NCBI GenBank assembly: GCA_963805085.1
Contig: CAWDTA010000005.1
Span: forward strand, 640,001-704,000
Length of the DNA stretch: 64,000 bases
Reading direction: 5' to 3'
DNA from: an uncultured Veillonellaceae bacterium
Lineage (GTDB): Bacteria; Bacillota; Negativicutes; JARBTT01
A program made the position numbers and the translations under genes. The notes under the pieces were generated by a model, which was not told where the DNA came from, did no database searches, and worked only from the letters and a program-made list of their open reading frames with translations. Within the stretch, counting starts at the first letter, position 1. The number at the start of each line of letters is the position of its first letter. This document shows positions 1 to 9,111 of this stretch, piece by piece.

Positions 1-2
1 AA

Positions 3-1031
3 GCATATCCAGAGCAAAAACAATTATGGGACAAATACTATGCAGAGAACCCAGCAAAAGACCTAATCAACGATGAAGCTTTCTGGGCGTTCCCTGACAA
101 AGCCGATGCTACCAGAAACCTATCTGGTATGGTCATCAACCGCATCAAAGATATTCTGCCAAACATCATCGGTGGTAGTGCAGACCTTGCACCATCGAAC
201 AAAACCAACATGAAAGATGCAGGCGACTACTCCAAAGAAAACTACGCAGGCAGAAACATTCACTTTGGCGTAAGAGAACTATCAATGGCGGCTATCGGAA
301 ATGGACTAGCCTTACATGGCGGACTAAAAGCTTTCGTAGCAACCTTCTTCGTATTTAGCGACTACGTAAAACCAATGGCAAGACTAAGTGCGCTTATGGG
401 ATTACCATTAACTTTCGTACTAACACATGACAGTATCGGTGTAGGCGAAGACGGACCAACACACGAACCAATCGAACAACTCGCAATGCTAAGAGCAATG
501 CCAAACTTCACCGTATTTAGACCAGCCGATGCAACCGAAACAATCGCAGGCTGGTACTATGCAATCACAAATCAAACAACACCAACAGGACTCGTACTAA
601 CTAGACAAAACCTACCACAACTACAAGGTTCAAGCAAAGAAGCCTTAAAAGGTGGTTATATACTACAAGATGCAAATAAAGCACAGGCCGATGCCATTAT
701 CATTGCAAGTGGTTCCGAAGTAGAACTAGCAGTCAATGCAAAAGCACAGCTAGCCAAAGAAAACATCGACGTAAGAGTCGTAAGTATGCCATCGATTGAT
801 CTATTTGAAGAGCAGTCAGAGGCATACAAAGAAAGTGTATTACCAAAAGCGATCAGAGCCAGAGTAGCAGTAGAAGCAGGAGCAGACTTCGGCTGGGGTA
901 AATACATTGGCCTCGATGGTAAAACAGTAACAATGCCAGGCTTCGGCGCATCCGCACCAGCAAGCATACTATTCAAAAAATTTGGTTTCACAACTGAAAA
1001 TGTTGTTAAGACAGTAAAAGAAGTATTATAA
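3..1031 (+). CDS. tkt: Transketolase, C-terminal part (5' end outside the window)
   Basis: Frame open from position 3. Motifs GGSADLAPSN, HFGVRE, THDSIGVGEDGPTHEP, FGASAP. Confidence 0.97.
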   Translation, partial: AYPEQKQLWDKYYAENPAKDLINDEAFWAFPDKADATRNLSGMVINRIKDILPNIIGGSADLAPSNKTNMKDAGDYSKENYAGRNIHFGVRELSMAAIGNGLALHGGLKAFVATFFVFSDYVKPMARLSALMGLPLTFVLTHDSIGVGEDGPTHEPIEQLAMLRAMPNFTVFRPADATETIAGWYYAITNQTTPTGLVLTRQNLPQLQGSSKEALKGGYILQDANKAQADAIIIASGSEVELAVNAKAQLAKENIDVRVVSMPSIDLFEEQSEAYKESVLPKAIRARVAVEAGADFGWGKYIGLDGKTVTMPGFGASAPASILFKKFGFTTENVVKTVKEVL

Positions 1032-1137
1032 GAACGATAAAATGACAAAGGATGCTCCTTATGAGCATACCTAGGATTAGTTGATCCTGAAAATTAAAAA
1101 ATATTTTCAAGGAATAAAAGCAAATAAAACCCATAGC

Positions 1138-1185
1138 AAAAAAGCGAGGTCAACGGACGTAAAAAATCCGATGACCTCGCTTTTT
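1138..1185 (+). terminator. Intrinsic terminator after tkt (bidirectional shape)
   Basis: AAAAAAGCGAGGTCA..CGGA..TCCG.TGACCTCGCTTTTT inverted repeat with T-tract. Confidence 0.8.
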
Positions 1186-1219
1186 CTATATAAAAAATCA
1201 TATTTCGCTTTATTTTTAC

Positions 1220-1247
1220 TTGCAATTCCTAAGAAATGGATTATACT
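1220..1247 (+). promoter_or_regulatory. SigA-like promoter driving the 1.25-2.1 kb cassette
   Basis: TTGCAA-N16-TATACT. Confidence 0.55.
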
Positions 1248-1265
1248 AAGAAATAGGTGGAAATT

Positions 1266-1359
1266 AAAAAAGTCGCCGTGTCCTGAGAGTGTTGGACCAC
1301 TCCCAGGCACGAGCAGGTGAATGAGCACCTACACGTAACAGCTAGCTGTCTACGACGAC
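1266..1359 (-). ncRNA. Putative ~94-nt cloverleaf antisense RNA
   Basis: Minus-strand promoter TTGTAA-N17-TATAAT (1393-1365). The 5' GUCGUCGU pairs with 3' ACGGCGAC, enclosing three hairpins, and the RNA ends in U6. Confidence 0.6.
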
Positions 1360-1364
1360 AATTT

Positions 1365-1393
1365 ATTATACCGTGCTTTTCCCTTGATTACAA
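1365..1393 (-). promoter_or_regulatory. SigA-like promoter of the antisense RNA
   Basis: TTGTAA-N17-TATAAT on the minus strand. Confidence 0.65.
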
Positions 1394-1476
1394 GGGTGAT
1401 AGTCCGTTCGCTTGGTATAATACGATTGAAGTTTTAGCAGAAGGCTTAGCGTCTGCATGCAATCAAGATGAAGCAT

Positions 1477-1518
1477 AGCGCATGTGTAGGTTGAATAAAA
1501 CCTCGCATGTGCTTTTTT
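1477..1518 (+). terminator. Terminator/attenuator in the cassette leader
   Basis: AGCGCATGTG.AGGTT..AACCT.CGCATGTGCT followed by a T-tract. Confidence 0.65.
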
Positions 1519-1611
1519 AATTTCTCCTGAAACAAACTGCATGTTGGTTTTTTCTATCTGCATCAGCGGATAGAAGAAACCTCATACAGAATGATGATGG
1601 AGGGATATAAA

Positions 1612-1767
1612 TTGGTAACAGTACAAGGTAGTAAAAAGCTGTGGGCAAGGTATCGCACCAGCATGTGGCGAGGAATCCTCCTCGCCACAACCAAGAGGAG
1701 AGGTTCGTTCTATTTACAAGGGACAAGATTTGTTTTCTTGGGAAATAGAGGTTCTGGAAATGTATAG
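1612..1767 (+). CDS. Putative 51-aa basic leader peptide overlapping the start of the next ORF
   Basis: GGAGGG RBS and TTG start. MVTVQGSKKLWARYRTSMWRGILLATTKRRGSFYLQGTRFVFLGNRGSGNV; its last codons overlap the ATG at 1760. Confidence 0.4.
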   Translation: MVTVQGSKKLWARYRTSMWRGILLATTKRRGSFYLQGTRFVFLGNRGSGNV

Positions 1768-2092
1768 AACCTACAGAACAACGCAGGATACGATTATAGC
1801 TGCTCCGGCTACAGAACTAGAGAATGCTAAAATTACAGTTGAATTGATTACAGACTTGAATAGCAAAGAATATGCGCTGCTCAGACGGCAAGAGAAAATT
1901 GCGATATATGATCTGTCACTGATTGGTTATGTCACTGGAATAATTAACGGTTTTTCTTTTGAGGAGTATAGAGACATTACCTATGCGAGATTAGATAAGG
2001 AACTATTAGAGATGGGCATCAAACCCAAGAAGCGGAATTTTATGAGGTTTGATCGGAAATATTTCGTGGAAAAAGGCACAACTGGCAGCTAA
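1760..2092 (+). CDS. Hypothetical protein (110 aa)
   Basis: ORF with GAGG RBS, followed by a terminator. No recognised motif. Confidence 0.6.
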   Translation: MYRTYRTTQDTIIAAPATELENAKITVELITDLNSKEYALLRRQEKIAIYDLSLIGYVTGIINGFSFEEYRDITYARLDKELLEMGIKPKKRNFMRFDRKYFVEKGTTGS

Positions 2093-2117
2093 TTGAATAG
2101 CTGCCAGTTGTGCCTTT
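2071..2117. terminator. Bidirectional terminator between convergent genes
   Basis: AAAGGCACAACTGGCAGCTA..TAGCTGCCAGTTGTGCCTTT. Confidence 0.8.
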
Positions 2118-2191
2118 AAATATCAAATACCCTCTTTAGTGTGATCTAGTTTCTAGTGTTTATATGGCGCTGATTTCATCATGTCTTAGTT

Positions 2192-3238
2192 TTACTTGCT
2201 AAGTAGCGAATTAATTTTCTTGGCCACGGATTTAACAGGGATCGCTCGCATGCAATCATTTTTGCCAGTCGCGCATTTTGTTTTATGGCAGGTTACACAA
2301 CTATGGGTGCTTTGTACGACGATGTGATTAGGGACAAGTGGACCATATTGTTCAGGACTAGTTGGTCCCCATAAGCTGACTGTCGGTATTTGTAGAGCTG
2401 TTGCTATATGCAAAGCACCGGTATCACCAGTCAATAGTAGGTCAGTACGGTGGATTAAAGCAGCTAATTCTAATAAGGAAGTTTTGCCAACTGCATCAAA
2501 TAGAGGTTTATGGCAAAGCGAAGTGATTGTAGTTGCATCGGCTGTATCTTGGATGCTGCCACATAACAAAATTTGAATATTAGGTGCAAGCATGTCAATT
2601 AATCTTGCAAAATTTTCATTGCCCCAATTTTTGCTTAACCAGCTAGTCTTAGGATTGATCATTAATAATTTTTTTTGCGAATCAATATGATTCCTTTCTA
2701 AAAAATCATCGGCAAATTTATGTAGTTCAGCAGTTAGTTTTAGTGTCATTTGATGATCATTTGTCTGAATATGTAAGGGAGCCAAAACAGATAAATAACG
2801 TTTTATCACATGTGGAGAAGTTGGTGAAGGTGCTTGTTCGGTCATAAAAAAGCGATTGAGCTCACGAGTGTTTGCCATGCCAATGCGCCTTTGTGCTTTG
2901 CTATAAGCGGCAATCATACCACTTAAAAACAGACCATGGATATCTAAGACGATATCAAATTGGTTTTCTTTATAAAATGCTTTTAATTGTTGCCACAATT
3001 TCCGTAAAACTGCAAACTGACGTTTCTTTACAGCTTGATCAAATTCTTCGCGTGACCAGACGTACAGTTGATCAATATAGGGATTATTCATTAATAAACT
3101 TGCTGACATATTACTTACAATCCAAGTAATATGACAAGCTGGATATGCTTCTTTTAATGCTTTTGCTACTGGTGTCGCATGTAGGACATCGCCAATAGAG
3201 CTTAAACGGATAATTAAAATGCGTTGGTTATTTAACAT
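2192..3238 (-). CDS. Glycosyltransferase family 9 (LPS heptosyltransferase, WaaC/WaaF-like)
   Basis: ILIIRLSSIGDVLHATP, GKTSLLELAALI, GDTGALHIATA, LWGPT. Confidence 0.9.
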   Translation of the reverse strand: MLNNQRILIIRLSSIGDVLHATPVAKALKEAYPACHITWIVSNMSASLLMNNPYIDQLYVWSREEFDQAVKKRQFAVLRKLWQQLKAFYKENQFDIVLDIHGLFLSGMIAAYSKAQRRIGMANTRELNRFFMTEQAPSPTSPHVIKRYLSVLAPLHIQTNDHQMTLKLTAELHKFADDFLERNHIDSQKKLLMINPKTSWLSKNWGNENFARLIDMLAPNIQILLCGSIQDTADATTITSLCHKPLFDAVGKTSLLELAALIHRTDLLLTGDTGALHIATALQIPTVSLWGPTSPEQYGPLVPNHIVVQSTHSCVTCHKTKCATGKNDCMRAIPVKSVAKKINSLLSK

Positions 3239-3554
3239 CAATATGACCAAACTTTCTACAAAATTTATGAGTAATTTATTGTTATAATACGATTGGTTTT
3301 GTTAGCATTATTTGAGCTTTACTACAAAAATATACAATACCATTGATGATATCAAAAATGTAGAATAATATCAATGATATTGTAGAGGAAAAATACCTTT
3401 CTACTTTATATTTTACAACATAGTATTATGTTATATCCAGTTATACTAGGATGATTTATAAGCACTAAACTTTTACCATAGTAGATAATTTTAATCGGTA
3501 ATTTTATTTTTTTCTACACAATGTTACAATGGTACTAATGAATGGGAGGTTATA

Positions 3555-4412
3555 TTGATGAAAATCATTGATTTGCATATGCATTCTACCTTTACCGATG
3601 GAAGTTATACACCAATGGAATTGGTTGATTTAGCAAAAAGGGCTGGATTGTCTGCGATGGCGATTACGGATCATGATAATATGGCAGGTTTTAGCGAAGC
3701 AAAAGAATACGCTGACAAAAAGGAAATAAAACTCTTAACTGGTATGGAAATGAGCGTTCAGTATCGAGGTGAGAAACTTCATATCTTAGGTCTGGGTTTT
3801 GATGAAACAAATCCACTGTTTATCGAAGCGTATAAAAAGTTCCGCAAAGTAAAGGAAAGCTGTGTCGATGAACTACTGGAACGCTTAAAGTTACATAGTG
3901 TGCATTTAACAAGAGAAATGATTGCACCATATGCACTTGGTGCAATGGATCGTTATACTATCTTTCGTTATTTAGTTGCGCATAAAACACGAGAAGATGC
4001 GCAATATCTTTGGGATGATTATTTAAATCCAGCGATGAAAGGTCTCAATATTAATATTGCAGTAGAGGAAGCAATCTCGATTATCAAAGATGCAGGTGGT
4101 GTTACTTCTTTAGCGCATTGTCATAAATCGATTGGTTTAAAAGAGTATGCACAGCCAGAAAAAGAAGAGTGTATCAAAGAACTTTGTGAGATGGGACTAG
4201 ATGGTATCGAACAGCAGTATCCTGACTTTACAAAAGCTGATCAAGAATTTGTAGAGTATGTAAGGACAAAATATAATTTATTGCCAATAGGTGGTACGGA
4301 TTTTCATGGGATTTATCGACCTGGTCTAACGTTAGGGCGAGGTAAGGGGAATATGGCAGTTCCTTATGCTTGGTATCAAGCGATTTTAAATCGGTGTAAC
4401 AAGCTCGATTGA
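3555..4412 (+). CDS. PHP-domain phosphoesterase (TrpH/YciV-like)
   Basis: DLHMHSTFTDG, AITDHD, LHILG, GGTDFHG. Confidence 0.9.
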   Translation: MMKIIDLHMHSTFTDGSYTPMELVDLAKRAGLSAMAITDHDNMAGFSEAKEYADKKEIKLLTGMEMSVQYRGEKLHILGLGFDETNPLFIEAYKKFRKVKESCVDELLERLKLHSVHLTREMIAPYALGAMDRYTIFRYLVAHKTREDAQYLWDDYLNPAMKGLNINIAVEEAISIIKDAGGVTSLAHCHKSIGLKEYAQPEKEECIKELCEMGLDGIEQQYPDFTKADQEFVEYVRTKYNLLPIGGTDFHGIYRPGLTLGRGKGNMAVPYAWYQAILNRCNKLD

Positions 4413-4444
4413 GTGAGAATTTACAAATTTTTCTTTACAAGAAA

Positions 4445-4469
4445 AGGTAATTGTAAGATTATGGCGAAT
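4445..4469 (+). promoter_or_regulatory. SigH-like promoter upstream of comEA
   Basis: AGGT-N17-GAAT. Confidence 0.55.
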
Positions 4470-4504
4470 TATCTCCAATAAGTAATTTATTGGGGTGATT
4501 TGCT

Positions 4505-5110
4505 GTGACTCTTCATAAGCGGTCTCTACTTGTGTTTTTATTATTAGCGGCAGTGATCATGTTAGGCAGTATGTATGGTTTTTATGAGAAAGACAAGGTT
4601 ACAGAGTTAGATGAAGCCAATAAACTAGAACGTTCTTCAGGCGAAATGCTTACAGTATACGTGACAGGTGCAGTCAATAAACCGGGTGTGGTGAAAATCA
4701 AGGATGGTGCCAGAGTAATTGATGCAATAGAGGTCTGTGGTGGTGTGTTACCAACCGCGGATACTGCAAAAATCAATATGGCGCAATTGGTGAAAGATGG
4801 TGCTCAAGTCACCGTGCCAGAAAAGAATGTGGTGTTAATGCAGCAGACGCAGGCTAATTCGAAGGCAGAAGCTGCGAGAAATAATGGTGGCCAGGTAAAA
4901 ACAGGTAGTCATTCAGAGGAAAAAATCAATATCAATACAGCAGACCAAGCTGAACTAGATAAACTTCCGGGCGTGGGGCCGGCTACAGCAGCGACAATTA
5001 TTGAATATCGGCAAAAAGAAGGTCAGTTTCAGTCCATCGAGGATTTAAAAAAAGTGAGTGGGATCAGCGAGGCAAAATTCAAAAAAATTGCTGACCGTAT
5101 AAAGATTTAG
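4505..5110 (+). CDS. comEA: Competence DNA receptor ComEA
   Basis: N-terminal TM segment, SLBB domain (VYVTGAVNKPGV), HhH motif (KININTA..ELDKLPGVG). Confidence 0.93.
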   Translation: MTLHKRSLLVFLLLAAVIMLGSMYGFYEKDKVTELDEANKLERSSGEMLTVYVTGAVNKPGVVKIKDGARVIDAIEVCGGVLPTADTAKINMAQLVKDGAQVTVPEKNVVLMQQTQANSKAEAARNNGGQVKTGSHSEEKININTADQAELDKLPGVGPATAATIIEYRQKEGQFQSIEDLKKVSGISEAKFKKIADRIKI

Positions 5111-7507
5111 TTGATGTGCCAGCCAATTATTTTTATCAATTGCTTGGTCGGTGTATTCATAGCGGGCATTTTTTGCGTAGGTCAGATGGTAGTACCGCTG
5201 ACTGTTTTATATAGTTCGATTGTAGTTTTGTTGTTTAGTAGTTTGCTTTTTCTCTATATTGGTGAAAAATATGCAAACTATAGTATTTTGGCATTGTTTT
5301 TCTTTTTGGGTTTTTTACGTTCAACGCATGATTTGGTGATAGCACCAAATGACATTAGCAATGAGATTGGGCATGTGGCAAAGGTGACTGGGAGTGTTGT
5401 CGATACACCACGCATCAAAATACTGGATGAGGGTAAAACGAGCATCCGTTATGTTTTAGAAGTAACAAAAGTAGAAGTCGAACATCAGAAGAAAAGTGTC
5501 AGTGGAAAAGTGGTTGTTAACCTTACACAAAAACCTGAGCTGCCGATTGCTGTATATGGTGACCAAGTAACGGTTATTGGCGAAGTGCAAAGTCTACATG
5601 GTTATAATAATCCGGGGCTAATTGATAGTGTAGCGATGTTGAAAAGGCAAGGAATTACAGCGAAACTGAAAGCTGTAAAAAATAGTGCTGTGGTACAAGT
5701 GAGTGAAGAAAGTAATTTCCGCCGGACAATCGATGCAATAAGAGAAAAAATTCGTTCCTCGATGGAAAATGTAATGCCAAAGCAAGACGCTGCGGCAGTG
5801 TTTGCTATGCTTTTTGGTGGCTATGGAGGAATAAAACCTGAATTGGCGGCTGCGTTTACAGCAACGGGGATTGTCCACATTTTATCGGTATCTGGTTCAC
5901 ATATTGCGTTATTGGCTGGCACAATGCAAAAAGTCGGGAGTCTGCTGCGGCTTAGTCCACTTGTTACAGCTATTTTTGTTATTGCGACAGTGTTAATCTA
6001 TGCGTTATTTTCTGGCGGTGTACCTCCAGTCGTGCGGTCAGCGACAATGGGGATTATGACGTTCGTTGCCTTGGCACTAGGAAGAGAAAAAGATGCTTGC
6101 ATAGCGCTCGCTTTTGTCAGCTTGGTGATGCTAGCGATGAGTCCACAATTGATCTACGATATAAGTTTCCAGCTTTCTTTTGCGGCAACCGCTGGCTTGT
6201 TATATTTATCGCCAACGTTGACAAAACTGTTGGTAAGGTTGCCAAAGTATGTTGCGATTAATATGGCGATCACAATTGCGGCGCAACTGAGTGTATTACC
6301 GTTTTTAGCGTGGTACTTTAATAGTGTTTCTTTGAGTGCGCTAATCGCGAATATCCTAGTAGTGCCAATCATTGAGAATATGATTATTTTTGGTTTGTTT
6401 GGGGTGATCATTGGCGTGATCTTTCCAATCGGGCAGGCGCTTCTGTTTGTGTATTGCAGTTTAGCGATTGGCCTAGTGTATCAACTTACTAGTGCTGTTG
6501 CGGCTATACCTAGTGGAAATTTATATGTACCGTCCATTGGTATTTGGAGTGGGGCTTGTTACTATATCACTTTAGCAGGCATCTTTGTTTTATTACAATG
6601 GAGAGCAGGCTCTTTAGAGCAATATTGGAACAACTATAAAAAGGAGTTATTAGGAATTAGCGTTATCCTAGTTTTCATTGTCATTGCTTATCAAAATCAT
6701 AGTGAACCTGTTCGAATGCATTTTATCGATGTGGGGCAGGGGGATGCCATGCTATTCACAACGCCCCATGGAAAAAACATTGTGATTGATACTGGCGGGG
6801 TCCTCTCTCTATTGGGTGATTTTGATGTGGGTGAGCGCGTCGTTGTTCCTTATTTGAAGCATTATGGGGTAACCAAGGTAGATTATCTTTTATTGACACA
6901 TGTGCATGAAGATCATGCTGGTGGTGCAGCGGCAATTCGCAGGCATCTTCTGGTAGAGCATATTATCATTGGCAAAGAAAATAGAAATGAGTATGCCAAG
7001 GTATTTAAAACTAGCTTACAAGATACGGCTTCTTTTGCTGCAGCTTACACCAGCGAAGAATTTGTTGTCGATGGTGTAAAAGTGCAAGTACTACAAGCGT
7101 TAGATGCGGTCAAGGCTGGTAGTGGAAACGAAGTTTCTAATGTGTTTAAAATTACTTATGGAAAACATAGCTTTCTAATTACAGGGGATTTAGATGCAGA
7201 TGGCGAAAAAGAATTAGTAAAGAATCAAGCAAATTTAAAAAGTACGGTGTTAAAAGTTGCTCATCATGGATCGAAAACTTCTTCGACGCCAGAGTTTATT
7301 CAAACGGTCGACCCGCAGTATGCGGTTATCTCCGTTGGGGCAAATAATACGTTTGGGCACCCGAATCAAAAGGTAGTGGAGCGTTTAGAGCAGCAAGCAA
7401 CTGTGCTTAGAACGGATACCTGTGGTGCGATTGTGTTTGCTAGTGATGGTAAGACGCTAACTGTAGATACTTTTAATAGAGATAGTTTAACAGACAAAAA
7501 GGAGTAA
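5111..7507 (+). CDS. comEC: DNA uptake channel ComEC with metallo-beta-lactamase domain
   Basis: TGIVHILSVSGSH, SFQLSFAA, FIDVGQGDA, THVHEDH, KVAHHGS. Confidence 0.95.
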   Translation: MMCQPIIFINCLVGVFIAGIFCVGQMVVPLTVLYSSIVVLLFSSLLFLYIGEKYANYSILALFFFLGFLRSTHDLVIAPNDISNEIGHVAKVTGSVVDTPRIKILDEGKTSIRYVLEVTKVEVEHQKKSVSGKVVVNLTQKPELPIAVYGDQVTVIGEVQSLHGYNNPGLIDSVAMLKRQGITAKLKAVKNSAVVQVSEESNFRRTIDAIREKIRSSMENVMPKQDAAAVFAMLFGGYGGIKPELAAAFTATGIVHILSVSGSHIALLAGTMQKVGSLLRLSPLVTAIFVIATVLIYALFSGGVPPVVRSATMGIMTFVALALGREKDACIALAFVSLVMLAMSPQLIYDISFQLSFAATAGLLYLSPTLTKLLVRLPKYVAINMAITIAAQLSVLPFLAWYFNSVSLSALIANILVVPIIENMIIFGLFGVIIGVIFPIGQALLFVYCSLAIGLVYQLTSAVAAIPSGNLYVPSIGIWSGACYYITLAGIFVLLQWRAGSLEQYWNNYKKELLGISVILVFIVIAYQNHSEPVRMHFIDVGQGDAMLFTTPHGKNIVIDTGGVLSLLGDFDVGERVVVPYLKHYGVTKVDYLLLTHVHEDHAGGAAAIRRHLLVEHIIIGKENRNEYAKVFKTSLQDTASFAAAYTSEEFVVDGVKVQVLQALDAVKAGSGNEVSNVFKITYGKHSFLITGDLDADGEKELVKNQANLKSTVLKVAHHGSKTSSTPEFIQTVDPQYAVISVGANNTFGHPNQKVVERLEQQATVLRTDTCGAIVFASDGKTLTVDTFNRDSLTDKKE

Positions 7508-7509
7508 GC

Positions 7510-8538
7510 ATGAATTATTTTGAAGCGGTAGGAGAACTCAATAAAGGCATAACGAAGCCGATTTATTTGATTAGTGGGGAAGAAACGTTTTTAGCCAGTA
7601 AATTAGAGAAGAAAATTATTGCCAAATTATTGCCCGAAGGTGAGCAAGATGGACTTAATGTAATGAATGGCGATGTGGAAATAGAAGCCTTGATTCAGTT
7701 AATTGATACGGTACCTTTTTTTGGTGAAAAAAATATGATCGTGATTCGCAATACAAATTTATTTAAAGAGCGCAAAAAAAATGCTGATCATGAAAATTCT
7801 AGTAGTAAGGTAGAGGAAAAACTCATCGAATTGTTTGCCAATATGCCGTCCTATAGTGTACTTCTCTTACTTACTCCTGAAAAAGCGGATAAACGCCGTA
7901 AGTTATATAAAACGATTGCGAAATATGGTGCTGTTGTTGAAGCTTTACCGATAAAAGCTTGGGAAGTAAAAGACTGGTTACAGGAAAAATTGCGTGAGAT
8001 GGATCGGCAATTTGCCCGTGATGCCTATGAGTATTTTTTAGAATTAACTAGCGTGATGAACCATATTTCGTTAGGTTTTCTCGACCAAGAACTTGATAAA
8101 GTCGCGTTAGCCAGTGATAAAAAAATGATAAGTAAGCAAGAACTAGTAGAACTTTTAGCGAGTATTCCAGAAGTTTCAATCTTTGCAATGCTTGATGCTA
8201 TTAGTGATAAAAAAGTAAAAAAGGCGTTACAATTGTTATCCGAACAATTCAACGCCGGAGAACATCCGCTTAAAATCATTACGATGCTAAGTCGCCATGC
8301 CCGGCAATTATGGCAAGCAAAATTACTTGCAAGGCAAGGGTATACCAGTAAGATGATTGCGGGAAATTTAGGTTTGTTACCTATTATTGCGGAAAGACTC
8401 GTCAATAAAAGTAAAAATTTTCAGGAAGAAATATTGAAAAATGCGTTGCTTCAGTTAGCGGATGCTGATTATAAACTTAAATCAGGACAAACCAACTGTA
8501 TTTTGTTAGAAAATATTATTATTGAATTGTGTGCTTAA
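7510..8538 (+). CDS. holA: DNA polymerase III delta subunit
   Basis: IYLISGEE, PFFGEK, ELDK, conserved position after comEC. Confidence 0.93.
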   Translation: MNYFEAVGELNKGITKPIYLISGEETFLASKLEKKIIAKLLPEGEQDGLNVMNGDVEIEALIQLIDTVPFFGEKNMIVIRNTNLFKERKKNADHENSSSKVEEKLIELFANMPSYSVLLLLTPEKADKRRKLYKTIAKYGAVVEALPIKAWEVKDWLQEKLREMDRQFARDAYEYFLELTSVMNHISLGFLDQELDKVALASDKKMISKQELVELLASIPEVSIFAMLDAISDKKVKKALQLLSEQFNAGEHPLKIITMLSRHARQLWQAKLLARQGYTSKMIAGNLGLLPIIAERLVNKSKNFQEEILKNALLQLADADYKLKSGQTNCILLENIIIELCA

Positions 8539-8586
8539 AAAAACAGATGGTTCATTTGAAAAAATCAAATGAACCATCTGCTTTTT
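8538..8586 (+). terminator. Terminator after holA
   Basis: CAGATGGTTCATTTGA..TCAAATGAACCATCTG followed by a T-tract. Confidence 0.75.
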
Positions 8587-8659
8587 GTAGTAAGTATAAG
8601 TAATACGAAAATAAGAAAGCCTATCCTTAAGGATAGGCCTTTTATCACATAATGTAAAA

Positions 8660-8926
8660 CTATTTAGCTAAAGCGTTAAGTTTACGAGCTAAACGAGATT
8701 TTTTGCGAGCCGCAGCGTTTTTATGGAAAACACCTTTAGCAGCTCCTGTATCAATAGTTTTGCTAGCTTTGATAAGGAGGGCTTTAGCTTCATCAGCTTG
8801 ACCAGCTTCAATAGCTTCTACTAATTTACGAGCAGCAGTTTTCACAGCTGATTTTGCAGCGAAGTTTTTTGCACGACGTTCAGCGTCAGATTTTACGCTG
8901 CGTACAGATGAAATAATATTTGGCAA
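8660..8926 (-). CDS. rpsT: 30S ribosomal protein S20
   Basis: TTG start after AGGAGGTG; PNIISS...HKNAAARKKSRL. Confidence 0.97.
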   Translation of the reverse strand: MPNIISSVRSVKSDAERRAKNFAAKSAVKTAARKLVEAIEAGQADEAKALLIKASKTIDTGAAKGVFHKNAAARKKSRLARKLNALAK

Positions 8927-9111
8927 GTGTTTCACCTCCTTAAGGGTTTGTTTACCTAAATATTCTAGCATGTACTTATCTAAAATGCAAGCATGAATTC
9001 TTAGATAAAGACATAAACTAAAAACTAGTATAGCCAAATTTTTATTGCTGGTCAATAAAAATTTATTTTTAAGAATATTTAGTAATTTTTCACACAATAA
9101 GGAGCGATGAA

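Noticed and set aside
1317-1478. 53-codon GTG-start ORF in the cassette leader as a type I toxin
   Set aside because: No RBS and no hydrophobic helix.
1081-1726. Short ORFs listed in the track for this intergenic region
   Set aside because: They cross promoters, terminators and the structured RNA, and show no protein-like motifs.
8927-9097. Long N-terminal extension of S20 in the ORF track
   Set aside because: A strong AGGAGGTG RBS and TTG at 8926 give the normal 88-aa protein.
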